Part shown: piece by piece, positions 30,586-41,542 of the stretch
Position numbering within the stretch: position 1 is the stretch's first letter
How the letters are laid out: each line of letters starts with the position of its first letter
NCBI GenBank assembly: GCA_044341675.1
Contig: JBIIRH010000001.1
Coordinates: forward strand, 15,870 to 79,869
Reading direction: 5' to 3'
Origin: Pontimonas sp.
GTDB taxonomy: Bacteria; Actinomycetota; Actinomycetes; Actinomycetales; Microbacteriaceae
DNA: 64,000 nucleotides
Notes under the pieces: generated by a model
What the model was told of the DNA's origin: nothing
The model's database searches: none
Seen by the model: the letters and a program-made list of their open reading frames with translations, nothing else
Made by a program: the position numbers and the translations under genes

Positions 30586-31350
30586 ATGTCCGGCCACTCT
30601 AAATGGGCGACCACGAAGCACAAGAAGGCTGTCGTCGACGCCCGGCGCGCGAAGTCTTTCGCCAAACTCATCAAGAACATCGAAGTTGCCGCAAAAGTCG
30701 GTGGCCCTGACCCTTCGGGTAATCCCACGCTTGCTGATGCGATTCAGAAGGCAAAAAAGACCTCTGTTCCCAATGACAACATTGACCGCGCTGTCAAGCG
30801 TGGTGGTGGTCTCTCCGGCGAGACCATCGACTACCAGACCATCATGTATGAGGGTTATGGCCCGGGCGGCGTTGCTCTCTTGATCGAATGTCTGACCGAT
30901 AACCGCAACAGGGCGGCGGCCGAGGTTCGCATCATCATGAGTCGCAACGGCGGTCAGATGGCTGACCCCGGCAGTGTCGCTTACAACTTCGCTCGTAAGG
31001 GTGTGGTGTCCATCACGAAGGTCGATGGACTCACTGAAGACGACGTTGTGGCCGCAGTATTGGATGCTGGCGCGGAAGAAGTGATTGACCGGGGAGCAGG
31101 CTTCGAAGTCGTCGCTGAGCCTTCGGATTTGGTTGCTACCCGCGTGGCAGTTCAAGCCGCCGGGATTGACTACGACGCTGCCGACATTGAGTTCCTGGCC
31201 GCCGTGAGCGTCTCGCCCGAGCTCGATATCGTCTCTAAGGTGTTCAAGCTCATCGATGCCCTGGATGACTGTGATGACGTTCAGAACGTGTTCACCAACA
31301 TGGAGCCCTCAGCAGAGGTTCTCGAGGCGCTTGACCAGGCCGAGGGCTAA
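30586..31350 (+). CDS. yebC: YebC/PmpR family protein
   Basis: [29 protein letters not shown]. Confidence 0.95.
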   Translation: MSGHSKWATTKHKKAVVDARRAKSFAKLIKNIEVAAKVGGPDPSGNPTLADAIQKAKKTSVPNDNIDRAVKRGGGLSGETIDYQTIMYEGYGPGGVALLIECLTDNRNRAAAEVRIIMSRNGGQMADPGSVAYNFARKGVVSITKVDGLTEDDVVAAVLDAGAEEVIDRGAGFEVVAEPSDLVATRVAVQAAGIDYDAADIEFLAAVSVSPELDIVSKVFKLIDALDDCDDVQNVFTNMEPSAEVLEALDQAEG

Positions 31351-31359
31351 GTCGCTGCC

Positions 31360-31932
31360 ATGACCACCATTCTCGGCGTGGACCCCGGTCTCACCCGATT
31401 GGGTGTCGGAGTTATTTCCCATGGGCCCGGGAGAAACGTGAGCCTCGTGCACGTTGAGGTGTTCCGCACTCCAGCTGACGACGAGTCGAGCGCGAGGGTC
31501 GGCGGAATGGCCAGACTTCTTGCTCAGGTCTTCGATGCTCATCAGCCCGATGTGATTGCGCTTGAAAGGGTTTTCGCGCAACACAATGTGCGCACAGTGA
31601 TGGGGACCGCTCAAGTCAGCGGTGTCGTCTTGGCCCTGGCGTTTGAGAGGGGCATACCTGTGTCGATGAGGACACCGAGCGAGGTTAAGGCGGCCGTGAC
31701 CGGCTATGGCAGGGCGAATAAGGCGCAGGTGGGCCACATGGTCCAGAGAATTCTGGGGCTTTCGGAAATCCCCCAACCGGCTGATGCGGCAGATGCTCTC
31801 GCCCTCGCAATTACTGAGGCGTGGCGTGGGGTTCCCGCCTCCGGCTCGCAGCCCGGCTCATCGACGACTCCTGCACAGCAGGCGTGGCGGGACGCCGAAG
31901 CCAAAGCTAGGAGACCTAGGCTACAAAGGTGA
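31360..31932 (+). CDS. ruvC: Holliday junction resolvase
   Basis: ILGVDPG, ALERVF, VKAAVTGYGRANK, DAADALA. Confidence 0.96.
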   Translation: MTTILGVDPGLTRLGVGVISHGPGRNVSLVHVEVFRTPADDESSARVGGMARLLAQVFDAHQPDVIALERVFAQHNVRTVMGTAQVSGVVLALAFERGIPVSMRTPSEVKAAVTGYGRANKAQVGHMVQRILGLSEIPQPADAADALALAITEAWRGVPASGSQPGSSTTPAQQAWRDAEAKARRPRLQR

Positions 31933-32558
31933 TCGCATCGATTCGGGGAACGCTGCTCAGGCGCACCGGCAATGACCTGATTATCGATGTTTCCGGGATT
32001 GGTTACCGCGTCACCGTTGCTGATCGTCTGGCCTTGGGTGTCCGGGAGGGCGAGGATGTCGTTGTTCACACCGCGTACATCCCCCGTGAGGATCAGGTCT
32101 CGCTTTACGGGTTTGATACCCCCGAAGAGCTAGACATGTTCGACCTGTTGCGCAGCGTCACGGGCGTTGGCCCCAAATCCGCGATGGCTGTGCTCAGCCA
32201 GCTCTCGGCGGAGCAAATCTACGACGCGATCGCTCACGAGGACGACTCTGCCTTCCGATCTGTCAGTGGAATTGGACCGAAGACAGCGAAACTCATCGTG
32301 TTGTCGCTTCAGGGCTCCTTCGAACGTAAACCTGTCCGCGCTTCGGCTTCTAGCAGCGCCGGGTCAACCACCGACGACATTGTTCGCCACTCGGTCGTCC
32401 AGGCGCTGGTTGGCCTGGGTTGGTCGGAACGTGTAGCAAAAGACGGTGTCCAGCGCGCCCTTGAGGCTGACTCTGATGCACCTGTGGAGGCGAACACTCT
32501 TCTGCGCCAGGCTCTGACTATCCTTGGGCCTCACACCAACCGGGAGGCAAGGTCGTGA
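31929..32558 (+). CDS. ruvA: Holliday junction branch migration protein A
   Basis: [32 protein letters not shown]. Confidence 0.96.
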   Translation: MIASIRGTLLRRTGNDLIIDVSGIGYRVTVADRLALGVREGEDVVVHTAYIPREDQVSLYGFDTPEELDMFDLLRSVTGVGPKSAMAVLSQLSAEQIYDAIAHEDDSAFRSVSGIGPKTAKLIVLSLQGSFERKPVRASASSSAGSTTDDIVRHSVVQALVGLGWSERVAKDGVQRALEADSDAPVEANTLLRQALTILGPHTNREARS

Positions 32559-33565
32559 GCGAAAATCCTCTGGAACCCTCGCTGGAATCCGACAACGAGG
32601 TCCAGTATGAAGGTGCGTTGCGACCCCGCACTTTGGACGATTTTGTCGGTCAGGCCAAAGTGCGAGAGCAACTTGTGTTGTTGCTCCAGGCGGCGCAGAA
32701 GCAGAATCGGACACCAGACCACATTCTGCTCTCGGGCCCTCCAGGCCTTGGCAAAACCACGTTGGCGATGATTGTTGCTGAGGAGACAGGACAATCTCTT
32801 CGAATAACGAGCGGTCCGGCCATCAACCACGCCGGTGATTTAGCCGCGGTGGTGTCCTCCTTGGTCCCTGGCGAAGTGTTGTTTATTGATGAAATCCACC
32901 GCATGGCTAGGCCAGCCGAAGAAATGCTCTATCTCGCGATGGAGGATTTTCGCATCGACATCATGGTGGGCAAGGGTGCTGGAGCGACAACTTTGCCCCT
33001 CGAGCTCGCGCCTTTTACCTTGGTCGGCGCAACCACCCGTTCAGGGCTGTTGCCAGGGCCTCTGCGTGACCGTTTCGGGTTCACAGCACATCTGGAGTTC
33101 TACTCCGAGGACGAGCTCACGACGGTTCTGGAGCGCTCCTCCAAGGTGCTGGGACTCTCGTGGCCCAGTGCTGCGCTCAACGAAATAGCGGGACGCTCAC
33201 GGGGAACTCCTCGAATTGCGAACAGGCTCTTGAGGCGGGTGAGGGATTACGTGTTGGTTCACGATGCCCCACCCACGATTGCCTCCGTCCAGGCCGCGCT
33301 TAAGGTCTATGACGTGGATGAGTTGGGGCTTGATCGATTGGACCGCGCAGTGTTGGAAATCCTGATCACTCGATTTGGTGGCGGTCCAGTGGGGCTTGGC
33401 ACCCTGTCGGTCTCAGTGGGGGAGGAAGCCGAGACCATTGAGTCAGTGGTGGAGCCATTCCTTGTCCGGCAAGGATTCATTCAGAGAACGCCTCGCGGTC
33501 GACTCGCTACGTCTGCTGCTTATACCCACCTGGGGCATGAAGCTCCAGGCCGGAATGACCTATAG
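32555..33565 (+). CDS. ruvB: Holliday junction helicase B
   Basis: [39 protein letters not shown]. Confidence 0.97.
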   Translation: MSENPLEPSLESDNEVQYEGALRPRTLDDFVGQAKVREQLVLLLQAAQKQNRTPDHILLSGPPGLGKTTLAMIVAEETGQSLRITSGPAINHAGDLAAVVSSLVPGEVLFIDEIHRMARPAEEMLYLAMEDFRIDIMVGKGAGATTLPLELAPFTLVGATTRSGLLPGPLRDRFGFTAHLEFYSEDELTTVLERSSKVLGLSWPSAALNEIAGRSRGTPRIANRLLRRVRDYVLVHDAPPTIASVQAALKVYDVDELGLDRLDRAVLEILITRFGGGPVGLGTLSVSVGEEAETIESVVEPFLVRQGFIQRTPRGRLATSAAYTHLGHEAPGRNDL

Positions 33566-33619
33566 TTACTGGGTACCCTGAACTTCGTATTGGTGTAATC
33601 GAAAGGCTTGTGGTTCCTC

Positions 33620-33928
33620 ATGGATCCTATTTCGCTGTTTATGATCGCAGTCCTCGGATTGCTCATCTATTTCATGATTCGCAACTCACGCAAGCAGCGT
33701 AAGACCCAAGAGGAGCTTGCTGAAAAGCTCAAGCCTGGCGCCGAGGTCATGACGTCCTTCGGTCTCTATGCAACGGTCCTCGAGATTGACGAGGACAAGA
33801 ACATTGCGGTTTTGGATGTCGGTCAGGGTGTGAAGGTTCGCGTTCACCGCCAAACACTGACCAAGGTGGTCGAAGAGGAAGAAACTGACGGCGCCTCTAC
33901 CGAGGTCGCCTCAGACAAGAAGTCCTAA
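33620..33928 (+). CDS. yajC: Preprotein translocase subunit YajC
   Basis: N-terminal TM, LKPGAEVMTSFGLY; upstream of secD. Confidence 0.92.
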   Translation: MDPISLFMIAVLGLLIYFMIRNSRKQRKTQEELAEKLKPGAEVMTSFGLYATVLEIDEDKNIAVLDVGQGVKVRVHRQTLTKVVEEEETDGASTEVASDKKS

Positions 33929-33961
33929 GCTCGCCAGTCCTCCGATAGAGAGAATTCCCTC

Positions 33962-35650
33962 GTGGTATCAAACTTCCGTGTCGCTGGAGCGTGGAAACGC
34001 TTCGCGTGGCTGGCCGTGATTTTCGGCGTTCTCATCGGTGGGAACGCGTGGTCAGTATGGCAAGAGGGTGGCTCCTGGACGCCCAAGTTGGCTCTCGACC
34101 TGCAGGGTGGAACCCAGATTATCTTGGCTCCTCAGCTTGCTGAGGGACAGACGGTTACAGAAGAGCAGTTGAATCAAGCCGTTGCCATCATCCGTCAGCG
34201 CGTAGATGCCGGTGGGGTGGCAGAGGCAGAGGTGACCACCCAGGGCGGCGCCAACATCGTGGTTGCCATTCCCGGGACTCCTGACGCGGCAACGCTTGAG
34301 CGGATTCGCTCCTCAGCAAAGCTTGAGTTCCGCCCGGTTCTTCAGACCACTTTTGTGGCGGAGGAAGCGCCAGCGGAGGGCCCAGCCAGCTTCAACCCCT
34401 ATGACGAGCCTGCGCCCGATCGAGTCCCCGAGAGCGCGAGCGATTTGGCCTGGATTACCCCCGGTATTGATCGTGCATACAACGAACTCTCCTGTGATCA
34501 GTTGGATGCTCTCGGCAGCAACGTGGCTGATCCCGAACGCCCGCTCGTGATTTGTTCAGCCGATGGGTTTAGCAAGTTTGTTCTTGGTCCCGTTGAGGTG
34601 GGCGGCGAGACCATTCAAGACGCTATTTCCGGTTTGGTGCCAGGTCCGCAAGGAACGGTCACCACAGAGTGGGGCGTCTTCCTCGAGTTTGATGAGGCTG
34701 GGACCGCAGGCTTCCGGTCGGTCACAGAGCGCCTCGTTGGCCTGGAGGGTGTGCAAAACCAGTTTGCGATTGTTCTCGATGGCCGTGTGATTAGCGCGCC
34801 TCGAACCCTTGCTGCGATTACCGATGGACGTCCTCAGATCAGCGGGTCGTTCACCCAGGAATCTGCGGAAACCCTCGCGGATCAACTAAAGTTTGGCGCC
34901 CTGCCCATTGGATTCGAGGTTCAGAGCGCCGAAACCATCACGGCAACACTGGGTCTTTCCCAGCTCCAGAGTGGTCTGCTCGCCGGCGCCATTGGTTTGG
35001 TGCTCGTGGTGGTGTATTCGCTCTTCCAGTATCGGGTGTTGGGCTTTGTCACGGTCTTCTCTTTGACTACAGCCTTCGCGCTGACCTATTTGCTGATTAC
35101 CTACCTCTCTAACGCGCAGGGCTATCGCCTCTCGCTGGCCGGCGTCGCCGGTCTGATTGTCGCAATCGGTATCACCGCCGACTCTTTCATCGTCTTCTTC
35201 GAGCGCATCCGTGATGAGCTGCGAGACGGGCGAGTTGTTGGCTCGGCGATTTCGGCGGCATGGAAACGCGCCTTTAGGACCATCATTGCCTCGGACGCGG
35301 TGGGATTCCTCGCCGCTGCTGTGCTGTTCATTTTGGCGGTCGGCAACGTGCGTGGATTTGCGTTCACGCTCGGATTGACCACGATCGTTGACCTCATCAT
35401 CGTTGCGTTGTTTACTCATCCTTTGATGCAGGTGCTCGGGCGCACGAGGTTCTTTGGCGAGGGTCACCCACTCAGTGGGCTCGACCCCAAGGCCCTGGGT
35501 GCTGTGTACCGGGGGCGCGCGAAGTTCCGTGACCCCGTGGATGTAGCTCCTGTTGCCAGGAAGAAGAGCGCTCAGGAGGCCAAGCGCCGTCAGACGATTG
35601 CCGAGCGCAAGGCTGCAGAAGCAGCAGCCCTGGAAGGGAAGAAGAAGTAA
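33962..35650 (+). CDS. secD: Protein translocase subunit SecD
   Basis: LALDLQGG, FAIVLDG, KFGALP, ADSFIVFFERIRDE, VRGFAFTL. Confidence 0.96.
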   Translation: MVSNFRVAGAWKRFAWLAVIFGVLIGGNAWSVWQEGGSWTPKLALDLQGGTQIILAPQLAEGQTVTEEQLNQAVAIIRQRVDAGGVAEAEVTTQGGANIVVAIPGTPDAATLERIRSSAKLEFRPVLQTTFVAEEAPAEGPASFNPYDEPAPDRVPESASDLAWITPGIDRAYNELSCDQLDALGSNVADPERPLVICSADGFSKFVLGPVEVGGETIQDAISGLVPGPQGTVTTEWGVFLEFDEAGTAGFRSVTERLVGLEGVQNQFAIVLDGRVISAPRTLAAITDGRPQISGSFTQESAETLADQLKFGALPIGFEVQSAETITATLGLSQLQSGLLAGAIGLVLVVVYSLFQYRVLGFVTVFSLTTAFALTYLLITYLSNAQGYRLSLAGVAGLIVAIGITADSFIVFFERIRDELRDGRVVGSAISAAWKRAFRTIIASDAVGFLAAAVLFILAVGNVRGFAFTLGLTTIVDLIIVALFTHPLMQVLGRTRFFGEGHPLSGLDPKALGAVYRGRAKFRDPVDVAPVARKKSAQEAKRRQTIAERKAAEAAALEGKKK

Positions 35651-36645
35651 TGTCCCGTCTCACACAGTTCGGAAATGCCCTCTACACGGGGGAGAAGTCC
35701 TTTGATTTTGTCGGCAACCGCGTCCGCTGGTATTTGATTGGTGGGGCAGTTGTTGCTCTGGCTATTGTTCTCACCATTTTGCGCGGTGGCTTCAGCTTCG
35801 GAATTGAGTTCCGTGGGGGCTCTGAGTTCCGCGTGTCACAACCACCCGTGCTCTCCGAGCAAGTTGCGCTCGACACGGTTCACGAGGTCGTCGGCCAGGA
35901 CTCAAACCCGAGAGTGTCGATTGTTGGTGGCGACTCGATTCGCGTTCAGACCGAGCAGTTGACCGACGCAGAAACCACCGGCCTGAGGACTGACCTGGCA
36001 GAGGCGTATGACGTGTCGGTGGAACAGGTCACGGCGTCTTTTGTGGGCGCCACCTGGGGCCAGGACATCACCCGGCAGGCGCTTATAGGCCTTGCGGTGT
36101 TCCTGGTTCTCGTGTCGATTGTCATGGCCTTCTACTTCCGCACCTGGAAGATGTCGCTCGCGGCACTCATCGCTCTGGCCCACGACCTGGTGATCACGGC
36201 AGGCTTTTATGGTGTGCTCGGGTTCGAGATTACGCCGGCGGCAGTGATTGGCCTTCTGACAATTCTTGGTTATTCGCTCTATGACACGGTTGTTGTCTTT
36301 GACAAGGTCAGGGAAAACACCCAGCAAGACGGTGAAGAAAGTCGGCGAACATTCGCTGAGTCAGTGAACCTCGCTGTCAATCAGACCCTGGTTCGCTCGA
36401 TTAACACCTCCGTTGTCGCCGTGTTGCCGGTGGGCTCGATTCTCTTTATCGGTTCAGTGCTCTTGGGTGCTGGAACTCTGCGCGATATTGCCATCGCGCT
36501 GTTCGTGGGAATGATTGCTGGAACTTATTCCAGCGTGTTCATCGCCGCTCCGCTGTATGTCCACCTCCGTGAGAACGAACCGGAGCACCAGAAACAGGGA
36601 ACCAAAGTCAAGGCGCCCAGGCCAGCTACCGGCGCGGTTCGCTAA
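35650..36645 (+). CDS. secF: Protein translocase subunit SecF
   Basis: GIEFRGG, LAHDL, GYSLYDTVVVFDKVRE, NQTLVRSINT. Confidence 0.96.
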   Translation: MSRLTQFGNALYTGEKSFDFVGNRVRWYLIGGAVVALAIVLTILRGGFSFGIEFRGGSEFRVSQPPVLSEQVALDTVHEVVGQDSNPRVSIVGGDSIRVQTEQLTDAETTGLRTDLAEAYDVSVEQVTASFVGATWGQDITRQALIGLAVFLVLVSIVMAFYFRTWKMSLAALIALAHDLVITAGFYGVLGFEITPAAVIGLLTILGYSLYDTVVVFDKVRENTQQDGEESRRTFAESVNLAVNQTLVRSINTSVVAVLPVGSILFIGSVLLGAGTLRDIAIALFVGMIAGTYSSVFIAAPLYVHLRENEPEHQKQGTKVKAPRPATGAVR

Positions 36646-36705
36646 CACTCACCGACTTAACGGCCCCTCCTCGTAGACTGATGCCAGCGCGAGAGGGGGT
36701 GCCCA

Positions 36706-38955
36706 GTGACTGAACTGCAAACTCCCGCGCCCTCGAGCCTGCGTTCGCTTTTGCCCAGGCTTTTCTCGAAGTCTTCGGCATCTCAGGGCCTTGACGCGCT
36801 CATTCGGACCGTTCGCAAGAATCACCCCAAGTCGGACACCGGCCTGATAGAGCGGGCCTACAAGGCCGCTGAGAAGTCTCACGAGGGTCAGACCCGCCAA
36901 AGCGGTGAGCCCTACATCACCCATCCTCTAGCCGTCTCTCAGATTCTCGCCGACCTGGGAATTGGCCCCGTCACCATCGTTGCTGCTCTGCTGCACGACA
37001 CAGTGGAAGACACTGACTACTCGCTCGATCAACTCCGTAAAGACTTTGGTGAAGAGATTGCCATGCTCGTCGATGGCGTGACCAAGCTCGACAAGGTCAA
37101 GTACGGTGACCACGCGCAGGCCGAGACCGTCCGCAAGATGATCGTGGCGATGTCTAAGGACATCCGGGTTCTTCTGGTGAAACTCGCCGATCGTTTGCAC
37201 AACGCCAGAACCTGGGGGTTTGTGAGCCCCGAGTCTGCAGCGAAGAAGGCCCAGGAAACCCTCGATATTTATGCACCATTGGCGCATCGCCTGGGTATTC
37301 AGAGCGTGAAATGGGAGCTTGAGGATCTCGCGTTCGCCGTCTTACACCCCAAGATCTATGTGGAGTTGGAGTCACTGGTCAAGAACCGCTCTCCCGAGCG
37401 CGACGCTTACGTTGAGCGAGTTATTGACGCTGTTAACGACGACCTGCGCCAGGCAAAGATCAAGGCCGAGGTCAGTGGTCGCCCTAAGCAGTTCTATTCC
37501 ATTTACCAAAAAATGGTGAGTAGAGGCCGCGACTTCAACGATATTCACGACTTGACCGGCATCAGAATCCTGGTGTCGTCGATTCGGGACTGCTACGCGG
37601 CACTGGGTGCGGTCCACGCGCGGTGGAATCCGATGCCTGGACGCTTCAAGGACTACATCGCAACACCCAAGTTCAACCTCTATCAATCCCTACACACCAC
37701 CGTTTTTGGCCCGGAGGGCCGGCCCGTAGAGATTCAGATTCGCACTGTGGAGATGCACCAACGGGCAGAGTTTGGTGTTGCAGCGCACTGGAAGTACAAA
37801 GAGCGCACCGCCAGTGGCAAAGACAAGGATGCCTTCGCTCACGAGACGGACATGGCGTGGCTGGCACACCTGTCGGACTGGCAAGCAGAGACCACAGATC
37901 CCACGGAGTTCCTGGAGACCCTGCGCTACGAAATCGGTGCCAAAGAGGTTTACGTCTTTACCCCACAGGGCAAAGTCATTGGGTTGCCCTCCGGAGCGAC
38001 CCCGGTCGACTTCGCCTATGCCGTCCACACCGAGGTCGGGCACCGCACCATGGGCGCCAAAGTCAACCAGCGTTTGGTGCCACTAGATACGCCACTCTCC
38101 AGTGGTGACTCCGTGGAAATCTTCACGTCCAAGAGCCCCGACGCAGCACCTAGCCAAGACTGGATGAACTTTGTCACCAGCCAGCGAGCCAGGAGCAAAA
38201 TCCGCCAGTGGTTCACCAAAGAGCGCCGCGAAGAAGCCATTGAACAGGGCAAGGACGCCATCGCTCGCGCTATGCGCAAACAAAATCTGCCGCTCCAGAA
38301 GCTGATGAATCAGGAGTCTGTGGCAAGTGTCGCAGCGGCACTGAAGTTCCGTGACGTGGAGGAGCTCTACGCGGCTGTTGGCGAGGGCCACGTGTCCACC
38401 CAGTCAGTCATTGAGAAGGTCGTGGGTGTTGTCCACTCAGACCAGGACGCTGATGATGACGTTTTCGCCGGTCCAGCCAGAGGGCGAATTCCCGCCCGTG
38501 TGAGCCAGTCCGGCGTGCTCGTCCGCGGAGCACCAGACATCCTGGTCAAACTCGCCCGGTGCTGCACGCCGGTCCCCGGCGACACCATCGTCGGGTTTGT
38601 CACCCGCGGAACCGGGGTTTCTGTTCACCGAGGAGACTGCACCAACATCGGATCTCTGCAGGGCAGTCCCGACCGGATGATCGAGGTTGAGTGGGCACCC
38701 ACCAAGGGAAGCGTCTTCCTCGTGCACATTCAGATTGAGGCTCTTGACCGTCCCGGTCTACTTTCTGATGTGACTCGGGTGCTCTCCGAACACCATGTGA
38801 ATATCCTCTCCGCCACGGTGAACACTTCGGATAATCACTTGGCGTTGTCCCGCTTTGTCTTTGAGATGGGTGATGTGACCCACCTCGACCGCGTGCTGAA
38901 CGCTGTGCGCCGCATTGATGCGGTCTACGACGTTTACCGGGTGATGTCGGGATAA
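36706..38955 (+). CDS. relA: Bifunctional (p)ppGpp synthetase/hydrolase Rel
   Basis: GEPYITHP, LHDTVED (intact HD), KLADRLHN, YQSLHT, EIQIRT, TGS, ARCCTPVPGD, ACT domain. Confidence 0.97.
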   Translation: MTELQTPAPSSLRSLLPRLFSKSSASQGLDALIRTVRKNHPKSDTGLIERAYKAAEKSHEGQTRQSGEPYITHPLAVSQILADLGIGPVTIVAALLHDTVEDTDYSLDQLRKDFGEEIAMLVDGVTKLDKVKYGDHAQAETVRKMIVAMSKDIRVLLVKLADRLHNARTWGFVSPESAAKKAQETLDIYAPLAHRLGIQSVKWELEDLAFAVLHPKIYVELESLVKNRSPERDAYVERVIDAVNDDLRQAKIKAEVSGRPKQFYSIYQKMVSRGRDFNDIHDLTGIRILVSSIRDCYAALGAVHARWNPMPGRFKDYIATPKFNLYQSLHTTVFGPEGRPVEIQIRTVEMHQRAEFGVAAHWKYKERTASGKDKDAFAHETDMAWLAHLSDWQAETTDPTEFLETLRYEIGAKEVYVFTPQGKVIGLPSGATPVDFAYAVHTEVGHRTMGAKVNQRLVPLDTPLSSGDSVEIFTSKSPDAAPSQDWMNFVTSQRARSKIRQWFTKERREEAIEQGKDAIARAMRKQNLPLQKLMNQESVASVAAALKFRDVEELYAAVGEGHVSTQSVIEKVVGVVHSDQDADDDVFAGPARGRIPARVSQSGVLVRGAPDILVKLARCCTPVPGDTIVGFVTRGTGVSVHRGDCTNIGSLQGSPDRMIEVEWAPTKGSVFLVHIQIEALDRPGLLSDVTRVLSEHHVNILSATVNTSDNHLALSRFVFEMGDVTHLDRVLNAVRRIDAVYDVYRVMSG

Positions 38956-39470
38956 CGCCGTCGTAGTGACTCAACAGCCGCTAGGAGTATCTCTAGTCGG
39001 TGTCGTTGACCAGGCGTCGTTCGTCTCTCCAAACAGTGCTGCCTGAGCAGCTCTGTGGGGGTTCCACTCAGCATCATCACCTGTGCGCTGGCAGTGTCAG
39101 GGCAGTCATCTCGAAGCAAAATGTCGACAACCGTGGCTTCTGGGGCAACAAGCGCCAGACCCTCGAGTCTTTCCACCGCATGGTGGACAGGGTTCACGGT
39201 CCTCGCTCCCCACTCCATCCGATCAAGAGGTGATGGCGCGGGTGTGACGGGCCTCAGCACATTCCAGGGCTGTGGGAGGCCCATTCCAGTCCACACCCAC
39301 CCGGCGGTGCGACCACTGGCGATGGCCCAGGAGGGAATGAGACTAGCGACGAGCGCGGCGCGTTCATGAATGGTGGGAAAGTAGGGGCGTGGCCACACAA
39401 TCGATCCAATCCGCAGAGCGTTTCCAGCGCGCAGGGCTGAGTACTCCAGCTGGTCGATGCTCATGGGCAC
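38934..39470 (-). CDS. Hypothetical protein with AbiEi-like (type IV antitoxin-like) features
   Basis: ERAALV...AIASGRTAGWVWTG...LVAPEATVVDIL resembles AbiEi-family SxxSAAxxWG and TxPxRTxxDL motifs; fills the gap between rel and DUF349. Confidence 0.55.
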   Translation of the reverse strand: MPMSIDQLEYSALRAGNALRIGSIVWPRPYFPTIHERAALVASLIPSWAIASGRTAGWVWTGMGLPQPWNVLRPVTPAPSPLDRMEWGARTVNPVHHAVERLEGLALVAPEATVVDILLRDDCPDTASAQVMMLSGTPTELLRQHCLERRTTPGQRHRLEILLAAVESLRRRYPDITR

Positions 39471-39529
39471 ATCATGTAGCAGGCGGTTACCTGCAGATCA
39501 GGGGAGCGGCAAGCTGTGGAGAAGTGGGT

Positions 39530-40744
39530 CTAGTTGAGTACTGCGAGCCAGGCTTTTTTGGTGGCGAGCTCGGACTCGAGGTCTGCCTTCTCGGTTCCAC
39601 TAGCCCCCTGGATTTTTGACTCAAGTTCTTCGATTGCCGCAGTCAATTGGCCGGTCATCGACTCGCTGCGCGCCTTCTTCTCGGGGTCGTTTTTGGTCCA
39701 GAACTCTTGCTCCAGAGATTTCACGTGCGTATCGAGTTTCTTGACCTGATCGTCAATCGTGCGGAGATCCTTCTTGGGGACGGGGCCCAGTGCTGCGAAG
39801 CGGGTGTGGAAGGTGCGCAGGCGCTGACTTGCCTGGTCACGGTCGCTCAGGGTGAGAATGTCAGCAAACTCTGCCAGCAGGGCCCGTTTGCTCTCGGCAT
39901 TGACTGAGTTGGTCTCGTCGTCGCGCTTTTCTTCCTCGGCCTTGGCTCCATAGAGAGCGTCGCCCGCCTTCTTGAACTGCGCCCACAAGCCATCTTCGAC
40001 AGACTTTGAGGCCCGGGGGGCCTCTTTCCACTTGTCCAGGAGGTTTCTGTAGCCAGAAATCCCAGCGGCGCCCTTCTCGACGAGGGCTTCCGCCGCTGCA
40101 ATGAGTTCCTTCTTGACGGTCTTCGCCTCTTTAGAGGCTTTGTCCAACTCTTGGAAGTACGCGCGGCGGGCCTTTTCCAGTGTGTTACGTGCAGTTCGGA
40201 ACCTGCCCCAAAGCTCATCAGCAGTCTTCTTGGGGACTCGCGGACCTGTCTGCTGGTGGCTCTGCCACGCTTCAAAGAGTTCGGTCATGGTCGTGGTGGC
40301 CTGCTTCCAGCGAACCTTGCTGGGGTCCTGGGCCGCGATGGCCTCCATGTCGGCAACAATTTTTTCGCGGTGGGCGAGAGCCTCGGCTACTGCTGCCTGG
40401 CTAGCTTCATCCTGCTTCGCTTCGAGGGTAGGGAGCTTCTCACGAAGGGCCTGAACGCGCTCGCGCAGAGCGACAATGTCGCCCACGGCCGCTGGCTCAA
40501 CGAGATCCTTATCCAGTCGGTCGAGCTGCTTGGTGATATCCCTGACGGCCGCTCCAGCCTTCACTCGCTGTTCGGCAAGAGACACGGTGGCCTCAAGGTC
40601 CTCAAACTTCCTCGTGAAATAGGCGAGTGCCTCCTCGGGGGTGCCATCGGGAAAGCTTCCGACCGGACGCCAGGTTTGGCCTTCACGAACAGAGACAGTG
40701 CCGTCGTCGTCAACACGACCAAAAGCGTCAGCGCTTGTTGCCAT
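39530..40744 (-). CDS. DUF349 domain protein
   Basis: FGRVDDDGTVSVR, EALAYFTRKF, repeated 'LWxxF' helical units; GAGGAG RBS. Confidence 0.88.
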   Translation of the reverse strand: MATSADAFGRVDDDGTVSVREGQTWRPVGSFPDGTPEEALAYFTRKFEDLEATVSLAEQRVKAGAAVRDITKQLDRLDKDLVEPAAVGDIVALRERVQALREKLPTLEAKQDEASQAAVAEALAHREKIVADMEAIAAQDPSKVRWKQATTTMTELFEAWQSHQQTGPRVPKKTADELWGRFRTARNTLEKARRAYFQELDKASKEAKTVKKELIAAAEALVEKGAAGISGYRNLLDKWKEAPRASKSVEDGLWAQFKKAGDALYGAKAEEEKRDDETNSVNAESKRALLAEFADILTLSDRDQASQRLRTFHTRFAALGPVPKKDLRTIDDQVKKLDTHVKSLEQEFWTKNDPEKKARSESMTGQLTAAIEELESKIQGASGTEKADLESELATKKAWLAVLN

Positions 40745-40825
40745 GGCTCCTCTATGCGGGTGGGGGACTAGCCGGCGATTAGCCTACTCCAAGGCTTGGA
40801 CGCGAGAGGGCCTAAAGACCAAGAC

Positions 40826-41542
40826 TTATCGGATTGTGATGGTTCTGATATCAGCGGCCACAACAGGCGCACCGTTGGGGACCTCGTCGATGGTTCCCGG
40901 GGTGGCATAGGTCTCCACGAATTCCTCCAAGCCAGAGGTGACACGGCCCAGAACGGTATAGCCTCCGACCTCATCGTTGGGGAGGGTGCTGTCCTCATAG
41001 ACGATGAAGAACTGGCTGCCTTGGCTTTCGGCGTTGTTTCCGATTCGCGACATGGCGATGGTGCCGGCTGGGTATCTCTGATCGACAGGGGCGTTTTCAA
41101 TCGGACCGAAGCGGTATTCGGGGCCGCCGGTTCCGGTGCCCGTCGGGTCGCCACACTGCATGACAAAGACGACCTCAACGCTCAGGCTGTGACAACTTAC
41201 GCCGTCATAGAAACCCTTGGTCGCCAGATCGACGAAGTTTGCAGTTGCCTGGGGAGCGTTGATGCCATCGAGAACTATTCCGACCTCAATGTCGCCAAAC
41301 ATGATTTCGCCAGTCCACTCGCGGTTCTCACTAATCGCTATATCTGGTGCCTTCGCAGGGGCGCCGGGGCCGAGCGTTACATAGCCAAAGACTGCGAGAG
41401 AGGCGAGCGTTACGGCTACGAGGGCTCCGCCGATTGAGAGCCACTGGTCTTTGCGCAATCTGCTCTTTTTGGAAGCCTGGAGAACTTGGCGGGCTTGGTA
41501 GACGCGAAGCTGGTCACGCTTTGCGCGATTGTCACTGGCCAC
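40826..41542 (-). CDS. Membrane-anchored cyclophilin-type peptidyl-prolyl isomerase
   Basis: N-terminal TM, APQATANFVDL, GFYDG, QCGDPTGTGTGGP, GTIAM, GSQFFIVY; GGAG before GTG 41542. Confidence 0.9.
   Translation of the reverse strand: MASDNRAKRDQLRVYQARQVLQASKKSRLRKDQWLSIGGALVAVTLASLAVFGYVTLGPGAPAKAPDIAISENREWTGEIMFGDIEVGIVLDGINAPQATANFVDLATKGFYDGVSCHSLSVEVVFVMQCGDPTGTGTGGPEYRFGPIENAPVDQRYPAGTIAMSRIGNNAESQGSQFFIVYEDSTLPNDEVGGYTVLGRVTSGLEEFVETYATPGTIDEVPNGAPVVAADIRTITIR

Noticed and set aside
10191-31155. Long antisense ORFs such as 10191-11318, 14148-15371 and 30067-31155
   Set aside because: They are shadow frames of well-supported genes, expected with GC-rich codon usage, and show no recognisable motifs.
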